DNA of 35,143 nt, from the IMG/VR virus record IMGVR_UViG_3300033067_001722, positions 1-35,143 of that record. One strand, 5' to 3'. Shown here one piece after another: positions 8,643 through 16,581 of this stretch (the first letter of the stretch is position 1; every line of letters starts with the position of its first letter). A program made the position numbers and the translations under genes. This DNA comes from a virus. Taxonomy: Duplodnaviria > Caudoviricetes. The notes under the pieces are model-generated. The model ran no database searches, had not been told where the DNA came from, and saw only the letters and a program-made list of their open reading frames with translations.

Positions 8643-8716
8643 AAATGCTCCAAAAGAGTGGGAAAAGGTGGGCCTTTTATTCTCATGCCCAGGAGACCGG
8701 CTACCCAGCAGGGAGC

Positions 8717-9184
8717 TTAGACCTTTGTATAGCCCGTGACCTCATCCAGAATCACATCTGGTTCCGTCGGGTGCGGCTTTTGTCCGATGGTGATTCGGAT
8801 GAATTGGCCGTTGAGGGCGGAAAGGGGCTTGCCGTTGACACCGGCAGCATCCCGCAGGCGGCCCAGGCGGATGTTCTTATTCGGGCCGGTGGCGATCTGG
8901 CCGTTGTTCATGTCCAGCATGATCCCGAGGTTGGTGATAACCTTCTCGGGAGCATTCGGCACCATCGCGAGGTATTCCGGATCGGTGATTTCCAGCTTGC
9001 AGTCCAGGCGAGTCCAGGGAGTTTCGGGCTTCCCCGGCTTCCGGGAAACGCCGGAGTTGAGCTTCATTTCCATGATCTGCGCGACGGTTTCCCCGATCGG
9101 GAGTGGATCGCGGCGGGTAGCGTTTTCCTCCAGGGCTTGATCCATGAGGTTTTGCGCTTCAACGGGGTCGAAAAGACGGGACAT
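8717..9184 (-). CDS. Putative single-stranded DNA-binding protein (DUF669-like)
   Basis: PLPIGETVAQI...WTRLDCKLEI...LGRLRDAAGV...LNGQFIRITI fits the OB-like phage SSB pattern. Located in the Sak4/exonuclease module. Confidence 0.6.
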   Translation of the reverse strand: MSRLFDPVEAQNLMDQALEENATRRDPLPIGETVAQIMEMKLNSGVSRKPGKPETPWTRLDCKLEITDPEYLAMVPNAPEKVITNLGIMLDMNNGQIATGPNKNIRLGRLRDAAGVNGKPLSALNGQFIRITIGQKPHPTEPDVILDEVTGYTKV

Positions 9185-9263
9185 TTTAGGTTCCTTGGTA
9201 ATTGGCGGAAGGGATGAGAACTCAGAATGAATCCGCCTTGTTCAAACTGAGGGGGTGATCTTG

Positions 9264-9539
9264 TCAGAAAGGGATGTCTTTGTCAAGTTCTTCGTGTCTT
9301 CGGAGGTCGGAAATCTCATCATCAGGGCGCCACGTTGGGTCTTTCTTATGCGCTGGGAGGTTATTCCAAGTTCGCATAAGCGCAATAGTTTGTTTCGCGG
9401 TAAGTGAGAGTTGTGTGCTAGGGCCTGTTTTTAGGGAAATGCTTTCAATAAACTCACGCTCCCAGCTATTCAAATATTCCCACGCAGCTTGGCAATTTTG
9501 TAACATTGCGCAAAGACTCTCTGGGAAAACGTTCGCCAT
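9264..9539 (-). CDS. Hypothetical protein ending in SSB-tail-like DKDIPF
   Basis: 91 aa with LNSWEREFIESI...LTAKQ and C-terminus EELDKDIPF. Confidence 0.65.
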   Translation of the reverse strand: MANVFPESLCAMLQNCQAAWEYLNSWEREFIESISLKTGPSTQLSLTAKQTIALMRTWNNLPAHKKDPTWRPDDEISDLRRHEELDKDIPF

Positions 9540-9542
9540 GAT

Positions 9543-9764
9543 TTACTCCACGACGGGAGGGTCCGGCTGCGCGAAGAATTCCCGTACAGCCCCGGGGAGG
9601 GTTTTAGTGCTGTTCGGGTAATCGTAGGTGTTACCGAGTTCGGCGCAGACGGAAATCGGACCTTCCTCCGGAGCGCCGACGATTCGGTCGACAGTTCCTC
9701 CCATGAGGATAAAGCCGCCGGAAGGAAGTTCGACGATGGTAAGGGTGCGCATGAGTTGTTGCAT
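9543..9764 (-). CDS. Hypothetical protein
   Basis: 73 aa with an AGGAG Shine-Dalgarno, tightly packed with neighbours. Confidence 0.55.
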   Translation of the reverse strand: MQQLMRTLTIVELPSGGFILMGGTVDRIVGAPEEGPISVCAELGNTYDYPNSTKTLPGAVREFFAQPDPPVVE

Positions 9765-9773
9765 AAGAATCTC

Positions 9774-10040
9774 CTATTGAAAAATTGCGATGACGACGAG
9801 GTCATCAGTAAAATCGGTAGTGAAGTTGAGGTTTATCCGCTTAGGATCAATCGGGAGAAGCCAGTAGATTTCGACATGCTGTTTTCCCCCGGTTTCCGTC
9901 CAAAGCCAGTCACCGACTGGAATCTGATACCGCTGGTAAAAATAATGCTCCGGAATCTCCAGCGTTTGCTGCGTGTTATTCAGCGGCCCCCCGACAAATT
10001 GGACGAAACACCGCTTGCGATAATCGGGAGGGGGCGCCAT
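9774..10040 (-). CDS. Hypothetical protein
   Basis: 88 aa with FVGGPLN, a motif common in small phage proteins. GGAGG Shine-Dalgarno. Confidence 0.6.
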   Translation of the reverse strand: MAPPPDYRKRCFVQFVGGPLNNTQQTLEIPEHYFYQRYQIPVGDWLWTETGGKQHVEIYWLLPIDPKRINLNFTTDFTDDLVVIAIFQ

Positions 10041-10041
10041 T

Positions 10042-10902
10042 TTAACCTCCAGTTGCGAGCTTCATCCGGGCTTCCCATTTCTTCACGATTTGGGAAAAGT
10101 CCGCGGGAAGTTTGGATTGGATTGGGAGATTTCGAGTTTTCACATCGGCCTGGGAGTTTGCCGTATCCCAATAGAACTTATCCCCCTCCCGCACGGTGTA
10201 GATGACATCGGAGAACGGCTGCGGGAGTTGCGCGGTGATGGCTTTTCCCGGCGCGGAGAGCATGAGTTTCGTTCCGCCGGTAATCTGATCGACTTCGCGT
10301 TCTACGTGGGCGATTAGGACGAAGTTACAGTTGCATCCGGAGGTAAACTTATGAATAAGGGCCATGAGCGCGTTTTGTACGAGCCCCCAATCGGCCATAT
10401 CTTTGGTAGGTTTTGTACCGATAACCATTTCAAAGAGCATCCGGGTAAGGGCAGACAAAGAATCGACGACGAGAACCGTCTGGTTACTCCATGAATCCAC
10501 AGGCCCGAACTTTTTCCCGGACTTCTGGTCGGGAAAATCGTTGAGAACCGTGTAGAGGTCGATGACGGGGTTATTCTTTCCCCGGTCCATGTCCCGCATT
10601 TTAGCAAGGCCAGCAAGGTCAAACTTGCCGATGCTGTCGGCCGTTTTCTGAAGGGAGGCGAAGCCTTGCGTTCGAGGCTGGATGTAGTGCCAGTGGAGAT
10701 TCTCAGGAATGGGCTTTCCTGAGTCGGAATAAGCACCGACGAGGGTTTCGAGGCCAGGTTCGAGGAATAGGGCGAAGACTTCGAGGCCAGACTCGACGAG
10801 GGTGGAGATTGCATAGGTTTTCCCGCTTCCGGACGGGCCGAAGAGGAGGACGTTGAAACCGGGATAGGCGAGGTGCGCGCCGAGGTTGTTCATTTCAGAC
10901 AT
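10042..10902 (-). CDS. AAA_24/Sak4-like ssDNA-annealing ATPase
   Basis: Contains LFGPSGSGKT, VLVVDSLS, DWG, LIAHVERE, FSDVIY and KTR. Confidence 0.82.
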   Translation of the reverse strand: MSEMNNLGAHLAYPGFNVLLFGPSGSGKTYAISTLVESGLEVFALFLEPGLETLVGAYSDSGKPIPENLHWHYIQPRTQGFASLQKTADSIGKFDLAGLAKMRDMDRGKNNPVIDLYTVLNDFPDQKSGKKFGPVDSWSNQTVLVVDSLSALTRMLFEMVIGTKPTKDMADWGLVQNALMALIHKFTSGCNCNFVLIAHVEREVDQITGGTKLMLSAPGKAITAQLPQPFSDVIYTVREGDKFYWDTANSQADVKTRNLPIQSKLPADFSQIVKKWEARMKLATGG

Positions 10903-11248
10903 TGTCGATAACTCCTAAGATTTGATTTGCCCGAGCCAGAAGTTCATGCCGGCGGAATTCGGGGGAGAATTTTCCCCACGCTTTTGCAAGGTCGGGGCCG
11001 GACCAGGCATCCCACCACATGAGGGGTTTGAGGAGGCTTCCTCCGGTTTGGTATTGGGTTCCGTGTTTCTCACAGGGGAAGCAGAGGATGATGTATTCTC
11101 CACTGGAGGAGAGTTCCAAACCGGCCCAGGTTTCGCCGCAGGTTTTGCAGATGTATCGATATCCTCGTGTGGTTCCCGCGAGAGTTCCACCGAGAGGGAA
11201 TGTCTCATTTCGATAAACCACGTTTCGATTTCGATTTTGAGGAGACAT
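10895..11248 (-). CDS. Hypothetical protein with Zn-ribbon-like motif
   Basis: 117 aa with CKTCGETW...CEKH. Confidence 0.6.
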   Translation of the reverse strand: MSPQNRNRNVVYRNETFPLGGTLAGTTRGYRYICKTCGETWAGLELSSSGEYIILCFPCEKHGTQYQTGGSLLKPLMWWDAWSGPDLAKAWGKFSPEFRRHELLARANQILGVIDNV

Positions 11249-11261
11249 TGATTATCCTCGG

Positions 11262-11570
11262 TTAGTGGCTTTCCCAGGATTTGCGTAGCGCGGAAAAGGA
11301 GGCTCGCACTCGTTGCCAGAGAGTTTTGGAGGAATAATTCGCGCTTTCGCATGGGAGCCTCCGGTAGAGCAAGCGGAATAGCCAGAGGGGGGAGGTGATT
11401 TCAGCGTGTGATGTTTGGGTCGAGGGAAGGAAAGTTATAGGCACGTAGGTAATCGCTAACATCGCTGGGGGGAGATGTTTCAATGAAATCACTTGAATTC
11501 TCGGCTCCGAGCCATCTTCCATTTTCCCCATCCAGACCTCCCCCGGCTTCGGCAAGTCGGAGGAGTTCAT
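11262..11570 (-). CDS. Hypothetical protein
   Basis: Start MNSSDLPKPGEVW, with a typical phage PKPGxxW opening. Overlaps the upstream ORF by 170 nt. Confidence 0.45.
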   Translation of the reverse strand: MNSSDLPKPGEVWMGKMEDGSEPRIQVISLKHLPPAMLAITYVPITFLPSTQTSHAEITSPLWLFRLLYRRLPCESANYSSKTLWQRVRASFSALRKSWESH

Positions 11571-11751
11571 ACCGCTGTTGTGCTGCGAGAATGGAATAGT
11601 GGAGGGTAATGGCTTCGAGCTTCTTCGAGAGAATAGTTTGGGCATGGTCTTTCCGGAGTTTGGTGACAGTATCGAGGAAAAGCCGGTCGGGTTCGGAGGC
11701 GAGCCAGTTTTGAATTCGTGTGAAGAAATGGCGGGGGGAGGGGATTTTCAT
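11401..11751 (-). CDS. Hypothetical protein
   Basis: 116 aa with a TAATG overlap with the upstream gene. Confidence 0.55.
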   Translation of the reverse strand: MKIPSPRHFFTRIQNWLASEPDRLFLDTVTKLRKDHAQTILSKKLEAITLHYSILAAQQRYELLRLAEAGGGLDGENGRWLGAENSSDFIETSPPSDVSDYLRAYNFPSLDPNITR

Positions 11752-12026
11752 TATCCCCCCTGAAGCTGCGCGAGAAGAGCCTGATCCGCCGCGAGTTGGG
11801 CGGATTCCGCCGCGATCTTCGCTTCAAGGTCGGTGATAGCGTCGGCTTTTTCCTGATTGTAGATAATAGGAATCCAGGAAGGCAGCGCCGTTTTGATTCT
11901 CTGTGCGATGTAGATTTCCAGCCACCCGGGTTGGGCGACGTTGTTGATTTTGATCTGCGCGGATAGGGAGGTGATGTTCGTATTCGCGAGGGTGGTGAGA
12001 TATGCAAGATTGTCGAGGGAGGACAT
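11751..12026 (-). CDS. Hypothetical coiled-coil protein
   Basis: 91 aa with an AAGGA Shine-Dalgarno and a C-terminal heptad pattern. Confidence 0.6.
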   Translation of the reverse strand: MSSLDNLAYLTTLANTNITSLSAQIKINNVAQPGWLEIYIAQRIKTALPSWIPIIYNQEKADAITDLEAKIAAESAQLAADQALLAQLQGG

Positions 12027-12037
12027 GGGATTTTCCT

Positions 12038-12289
12038 TTAAGGTTGAGAAGGGTCGGAGGCAAGACCACGCCAGGGTTTTGAATCGTACCAGAACTCTGT
12101 GACTTTCGCAGCTTTTTCGGGAGTGTTATTCCCCTTAAACCAGCGGCCATTCTCGAATTTTCGATACCAAGGTCCTGTAAGGTGCATTCGAGAAATCTCA
12201 TAAACACCTGGGTAGACGGGGAGAATCGTCGAGTCAAACCACGGCGTTTTCTTCAGTTCTTGTGAGTGGGTTCCAGATTCTGACGGCAT
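12038..12289 (-). CDS. Conserved-looking phage hypothetical protein (start uncertain)
   Basis: TPWFDSTILPVYPGVYE...WRGL pattern typical of small proteobacterial phage proteins. Confidence 0.6.
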   Translation of the reverse strand: MPSESGTHSQELKKTPWFDSTILPVYPGVYEISRMHLTGPWYRKFENGRWFKGNNTPEKAAKVTEFWYDSKPWRGLASDPSQP

Positions 12290-13169
12290 AATTTCCTCCA
12301 GTGAGCCACGGCTCGGGGTCGTTGGACATGCAGGGTTGTTGAAAGAGGCATCCTCCGAAGGATGAACAAGCTTCGGCGAGATTTACGTCCCAGTATCCGG
12401 ACTTCCAGCATTCAATTGCCCGTAGGATATCTCTGCAACACTGCTCATGCCATTCGGCGATATGGTGAGGAGTTCGTATCGTGATAGCTTCGGCGTGCTT
12501 GATGGAAGTTTTAAGAATACAAATTCCCCGGACAACGACCTGGCTCGCGGGGATTCCATATTCCCGGGCAGCCCACGCATAGCCAGTGAATTGAGAGCGT
12601 CGGTTCCATTGTTTTGCCCATTGGTCACCAAGGGCGGAAGTGGTTTTGTCGTCATAGATGCTAATCGCTCCGGCGTAGGTTGCGATCATGTCGGCGCGGC
12701 CGGAGTAGATGATAGGCTCACCAGTCTCCGGATGCACGACGCGATCAGGGTCGAGGGGAAGGGCGAAGGAAAATTCCACCATCGGATTCCCGTCTTTTCC
12801 CCGATATGGTTGGATAGGATCGGTTTCGAGGGGGAAGGCGGCCCAATAGTAGGCAAAGGCTTCGATGAGGCGATCGAGGGATTTAGCCGCGCCAGAGCCG
12901 TGGGAGGGAGGCTCGAAGTCGCCATAGGCGGCGATCATGGCTTCGAGGCCGGCTTTGATTGCTTGGAGAGGGGAAAGGCCCTGACCATAGAACAGCCGGC
13001 GGGTTGTTTCCAGGCCATGCGCCCAAGCCCCGCCAGCGTGGAGGTGGACAGATTCTCCCTTCGGCTTGAAATGACGGCCGAATTCCCACCACATTTTCCG
13101 GGGGCACTCGGCGAAGGCCGAGCGCATGGTATTATCGAAAATCAAAGGGAACGGGGGCCTATTAACCAT
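12234..13169 (-). CDS. PD-(D/E)XK exonuclease, Cas4/AddB-like with probable Fe-S cluster
   Basis: Start MVNRPPF at 13169. Contains ECPRK, G..H, VE, GRADM, DDKTT, QFTGY and C-terminal CSSFGGCLFQQPC (1+3 Cys staple). Confidence 0.85.
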   Translation of the reverse strand: MVNRPPFPLIFDNTMRSAFAECPRKMWWEFGRHFKPKGESVHLHAGGAWAHGLETTRRLFYGQGLSPLQAIKAGLEAMIAAYGDFEPPSHGSGAAKSLDRLIEAFAYYWAAFPLETDPIQPYRGKDGNPMVEFSFALPLDPDRVVHPETGEPIIYSGRADMIATYAGAISIYDDKTTSALGDQWAKQWNRRSQFTGYAWAAREYGIPASQVVVRGICILKTSIKHAEAITIRTPHHIAEWHEQCCRDILRAIECWKSGYWDVNLAEACSSFGGCLFQQPCMSNDPEPWLTGGNYAVRIWNPLTRTEENAVV

Positions 13170-13593
13170 TATGATTCTCCCAAGATTTACGAGCGCAGGC
13201 GGCTTCAAACAGGTGAGAATGAAAACCCAAGCTCCGTTGTGGGAGAGTTGTGTAAGCTCTCCAACGCTTTGATCGGTTATCGAAACAGACGCCCACAATT
13301 CCCGACGTGTTCAAACGGGAAAACCTTTCCGCTGGTTTCACAATATCCCACCGTTCTTGCTGGTTTTCAGCCCGAGTACAAAAAGCTAAATTAGCTTTCC
13401 GACAGTCGAGTTTGTTGTGGTTAATGTGTTTAACCTCTTGTCCAGTTTGCGCATTCATTACCATTCGATGAAAGAGCCGTAAACCTCCGGCAGAAGCATA
13501 ACCGGCATTGTTTAGATGCCAAGTATATTTATCCAGAAGCCAGGTGTCCTCTGGATCCCAGACGAGGGGAAAAGGCGGGCGGACAATGGCCAT
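13162..13593 (-). CDS. HNH-AP2 homing endonuclease, possibly inactive
   Basis: HRMVM...KHINHNKLDCRKANL...EN is HNH_3-like. NTSGIVGV...KRWRAY...LG...EAACAR is AP2-like. Confidence 0.85.
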   Translation of the reverse strand: MAIVRPPFPLVWDPEDTWLLDKYTWHLNNAGYASAGGLRLFHRMVMNAQTGQEVKHINHNKLDCRKANLAFCTRAENQQERWDIVKPAERFSRLNTSGIVGVCFDNRSKRWRAYTTLPQRSLGFHSHLFEAACARKSWENHNG

Positions 13594-13594
13594 A

Positions 13595-13792
13595 TCAATA
13601 CTCCGTCCGTTTGAAGATAGTGACTTCGCCGTTCGCCGCGCGGATTTTCTTCGCGAGGGAGACGGCTTCGGAGAGGGCGATTTTCCCGTCTTCGTGAACA
13701 TGCGAGGAAATTACTGTATTCTCGGCGGAATCAGCGACGAGGATGTATTCCGTTTCGTCGGTGCGCTTCTCTTCGATAAGTTCAATGGGCAT
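13595..13792 (-). CDS. Hypothetical protein
   Basis: 65 aa with an AGGAG Shine-Dalgarno. Confidence 0.6.
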   Translation of the reverse strand: MPIELIEEKRTDETEYILVADSAENTVISSHVHEDGKIALSEAVSLAKKIRAANGEVTIFKRTEY

Positions 13793-13801
13793 GAAAGGCT
13801 C

Positions 13802-13990
13802 CTAAAAGAAATCAACGTCAGTGGGTTTTTTAACCTCGGCTTTCCTCTGCTTTTCGAGGACTTTCCCCGAATCGGAGAGGAATGCTAGGACGGTTTCGAG
13901 GGGAATTTCTTCCCCGGAGAGAACCCGGGCTTTTATTTCCCGGGCGGTTTGCTGGAGTGCTTCGGGATAGGGGTTAGGCGAGGTTGCCAT
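13802..13990 (-). CDS. Small protein ending DVDFF (paralogue of 14727-14936)
   Basis: 62 aa with a GGAG Shine-Dalgarno. Confidence 0.65.
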   Translation of the reverse strand: MATSPNPYPEALQQTAREIKARVLSGEEIPLETVLAFLSDSGKVLEKQRKAEVKKPTDVDFF

Positions 13991-14186
13991 TTACCGGCTC
14001 CACCGCAATCAGCGGGAAATGGGGGAACTTTTTCTTTGCTTCCGCGAGGGCGGAATCAGCGTAGAAGGCAGGAATCGGTTTCCCGAGGGGATAGAAGGCA
14101 ACCCGGACGGAGGTGTCCGGGGATTTTCCCTCAACCAGACGAATCTGGCGAAGGGGCTGCCAGAGGAGATTTTGAGCAGCCGGCAT
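13974..14186 (-). CDS. Hypothetical protein
   Basis: Start MPAAQN 1 nt after the upstream stop. 70 aa. Confidence 0.55.
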   Translation of the reverse strand: MPAAQNLLWQPLRQIRLVEGKSPDTSVRVAFYPLGKPIPAFYADSALAEAKKKFPHFPLIAVEPVNGNLA

Positions 14187-14187
14187 T

Positions 14188-14523
14188 TTAATGGCCCTTT
14201 GCGCGGGTGAGGATTTCCGCGGCTTCGACGGAAGCTTCTTCCTTACTCCCGACGGGCACAACCTCGCAGACTCCGAGCTTTACGAGAAGAGCCGTTTCCT
14301 GGGTGTAGAAGTCGGAAAGGATATGTTTCAGTTCATTGCCGGATTCGTTATCGCTGCAAGTGGCTTCGCAAATCTCAGCGGGCGACTTACCGGCTTTTGT
14401 CCCGGAGGCGATTATATCGGCCAGGCCGTCGGTCAGGGCTTTCGTTTGCGCCCTGCGCATTTCGAGGAGTTGAATCAACACGAGCATGCGGAGATTGGGA
14501 GAGAGAGACATGGAATTATCCAT
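14188..14523 (-). CDS. Hypothetical protein
   Basis: 111 aa helical ORF. Confidence 0.6.
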   Translation of the reverse strand: MDNSMSLSPNLRMLVLIQLLEMRRAQTKALTDGLADIIASGTKAGKSPAEICEATCSDNESGNELKHILSDFYTQETALLVKLGVCEVVPVGSKEEASVEAAEILTRAKGH

Positions 14524-14596
14524 ACCGGGAACAGCCGGCGACTGAGGGAGTGAGAAAACTCCACTGATAAGCCCGAAAGGGGCTTATCGCTGGGGT

Positions 14597-14740
14597 TTAT
14601 TCGTCGAGGAAGGGGACTTCAATTTCCCCTTCTCCCCGGCAGGAGGGGCATACGGTGCCTTCCCGCTGCCCCTCCCCGGAACCGGAGCAGGTTCCGCAGA
14701 GAACCCATTCCGTGATCGAGGGGGATTCAAAAGAAATCAA
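14597..14740 (-). CDS. Small DnaJ-type zinc-finger protein
   Basis: Two CxxCxGxG repeats (CGTCSGSG and CPSCRGEG). Probable TTG start at 14740. Confidence 0.6.
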   Translation of the reverse strand: MISFESPSITEWVLCGTCSGSGEGQREGTVCPSCRGEGEIEVPFLDE

Positions 14741-14936
14741 TTTGGGACTCGTCCGGTTTGGGTTTGGAGTTCCGGGATTTTCCCGTTCGTTGGGCTTCTG
14801 GCTTGGAGGACCAGGATTTTCGGATTGTGGCAATATAGCGCCGGACTGTCTCAAGGGAAGGAATAATCCCCTTCGCCGCAGCAGCGCGATGATGTGCGAT
14901 TTCATCTTTGGAGAATGGTTCAGGGTTTTCAAGCAT
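14727..14936 (-). CDS. Small protein ending QIDFF
   Basis: Start MLENPEPF overlaps the upstream stop. 69 aa. Confidence 0.6.
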   Translation of the reverse strand: MLENPEPFSKDEIAHHRAAAAKGIIPSLETVRRYIATIRKSWSSKPEAQRTGKSRNSKPKPDESQIDFF

Positions 14937-15291
14937 TGGGGTCAACCTTTCCGGCTGCGATGTCGTCCAGATCAAGGAAAAAGGCTTCCCGGCCTTTGCG
15001 GAAATAGGGCATGTTTTCCTTCGAGACGGCGCCGACAATGAAAAGGTCCAGGGCTTTGCGAAGGTTGGAGTATTGGGGAGAGAGAATATTCCCTCCTTTG
15101 GGCAGAACTTGCGTGATTTCATGCATGAGGCAGCCGCAGACCATGCCGAGGATTTGGGCATTCTCCGGGGAATTGTGGGAAACGGTTTTCCCTTCCAGGC
15201 CAGAGGTGAAGGCGTTGATGGTTTCAATTGTGCGGGGGCGTTCCATGAGTTTTCCTATCGAGTGGGGAGGGGTTAGAGAATCTCCACGCAT
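14929..15291 (-). CDS. Hypothetical protein
   Basis: 120 aa ORF; the start may be the downstream MERPRT. Confidence 0.55.
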   Translation of the reverse strand: MRGDSLTPPHSIGKLMERPRTIETINAFTSGLEGKTVSHNSPENAQILGMVCGCLMHEITQVLPKGGNILSPQYSNLRKALDLFIVGAVSKENMPYFRKGREAFFLDLDDIAAGKVDPNA

Positions 15292-15623
15292 TCGGCGCAG
15301 AGGTGGAGGGAGACATCATCGTAGATAAGCTCCTCAGGCCGGGAGTAATTCGCGGCGAAGGCTTTGAGGTTCATTGCCGTATCGCGGATTTCCCCGGATT
15401 TTGCTTTTTCCCGGAGGAAAATGCCGAAGAGGGTTTTGTTCTGAGTGCCGCAGCAGAGGCAGGTTTGGATTGTGATTCGGGCGATGTAGCATTGTTTTTC
15501 CCATTGGGGGATGAATGGCGCGAAAACCGGGCGATTTTGCTTTTTCTTGAGGTTTCCGGATTCGATAGCGTGGTTGTGCGCTTCAGCTTCGATTTCATCG
15601 AGAAGGGAATTGTGAGAGGCCAT
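15273..15623 (-). CDS. Hypothetical Zn-binding protein
   Basis: 116 aa with CLCCG...LCAEC. Confidence 0.65.
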   Translation of the reverse strand: MASHNSLLDEIEAEAHNHAIESGNLKKKQNRPVFAPFIPQWEKQCYIARITIQTCLCCGTQNKTLFGIFLREKAKSGEIRDTAMNLKAFAANYSRPEELIYDDVSLHLCAECVEIL

Positions 15624-15625
15624 GG

Positions 15626-15961
15626 TTATTTCTCCGATTTTCCCAGAATCCGGGCGAGTGCGTCGTCGAGATTTTCTTCAGGGGGCTTTGTCCCGAGAGC
15701 GGCTTCGAGAAACTTCGCATCATCGGTGGAGGAGACGGGGATAATCTCAAGCCGCGAGGGATCATCCCGGACGAGGAGGGTCAACCCCTCGCAGAGTTCG
15801 CCTTTTCCCTCGCGGCGCAGGGCGCGGATGAGGTTGTAGAAACGAAACCGGAGTTTTTTCGGGTCCGGATGGGGAATAGTGAGAATTTCCCCGGAAGTTG
15901 CCCGGGTGAGGGCTTCGAGGAAGGCCGGGGGGTATCCCGAGGATATGGAAGGTCCAGGCAT
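15626..15961 (-). CDS. Hypothetical protein
   Basis: 111 aa containing LRFRFYNLIRALRR. Confidence 0.65.
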   Translation of the reverse strand: MPGPSISSGYPPAFLEALTRATSGEILTIPHPDPKKLRFRFYNLIRALRREGKGELCEGLTLLVRDDPSRLEIIPVSSTDDAKFLEAALGTKPPEENLDDALARILGKSEK

Positions 15962-16032
15962 GGGAGCATTGTACCATGTTGGAGTGAGGGCCGGAACTAG
16001 GGGAAACCCTAGTCCCGGGATTTTCCCGGAGA

Positions 16033-16410
16033 TTACTCCCCGATCCGGAGAGGGGTCCGCTTGCCGGAAATCGGGTTCAGCGTTTCCCGGGAGACGAGAT
16101 GCGGGAGGGAGGGACGCTCCGAGAGAATCCGGGAAGCCTGCGGGGAGATATCGCAGAGGACCCCCGCGACGATGAGCAGGTGGAGGGGAATGCCCGACTG
16201 ATCCGGGACGAGTCCGGGAATGCCGCTGCGAGGCTTTTCCCGACCGGTGGAGGGTACCGGATGAGGCTTACCGCCAGGGGCCATATAGGCAGTACCTGCG
16301 GCTTTGATCTTGCGAGCCTTGTTCCGTTCCGTCCGCGCCCTTTGCAGGCGGGAAGAGGGATTCCGGTCACGATTGCGCCCGTACTTCTGGCCCTTTGCTT
16401 GCTTCGCCAT
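16033..16410 (-). CDS. Basic hypothetical protein
   Basis: 125 aa with a K/R-rich N-terminus and an AAGGGG Shine-Dalgarno. Confidence 0.6.
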   Translation of the reverse strand: MAKQAKGQKYGRNRDRNPSSRLQRARTERNKARKIKAAGTAYMAPGGKPHPVPSTGREKPRSGIPGLVPDQSGIPLHLLIVAGVLCDISPQASRILSERPSLPHLVSRETLNPISGKRTPLRIGE

Positions 16411-16453
16411 GAAATTCCCCTTTCGCGGGAATGAGGGGCGGGATTTTCCCGCT

Positions 16454-16558
16454 CGACCCTTTAGTGTGATATCGCAGTAGATTTAACCACTAGGAGGGGG
16501 CGTCCCCCGCTTGATTTTACCCTAATGCCTTGCTCCACGATACCACGCTAAAGGGCCG
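16454..16558 (-). ncRNA. Long intergenic stem-loop (RNase III site or ncRNA)
   Basis: Arms 16535-16558 and 16454-16477 pair at 23 of 24 positions on the minus strand, four of them G-U. Confidence 0.6.
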
Positions 16559-16581
16559 ATCCATAGACCGGCCGCCGGGAA

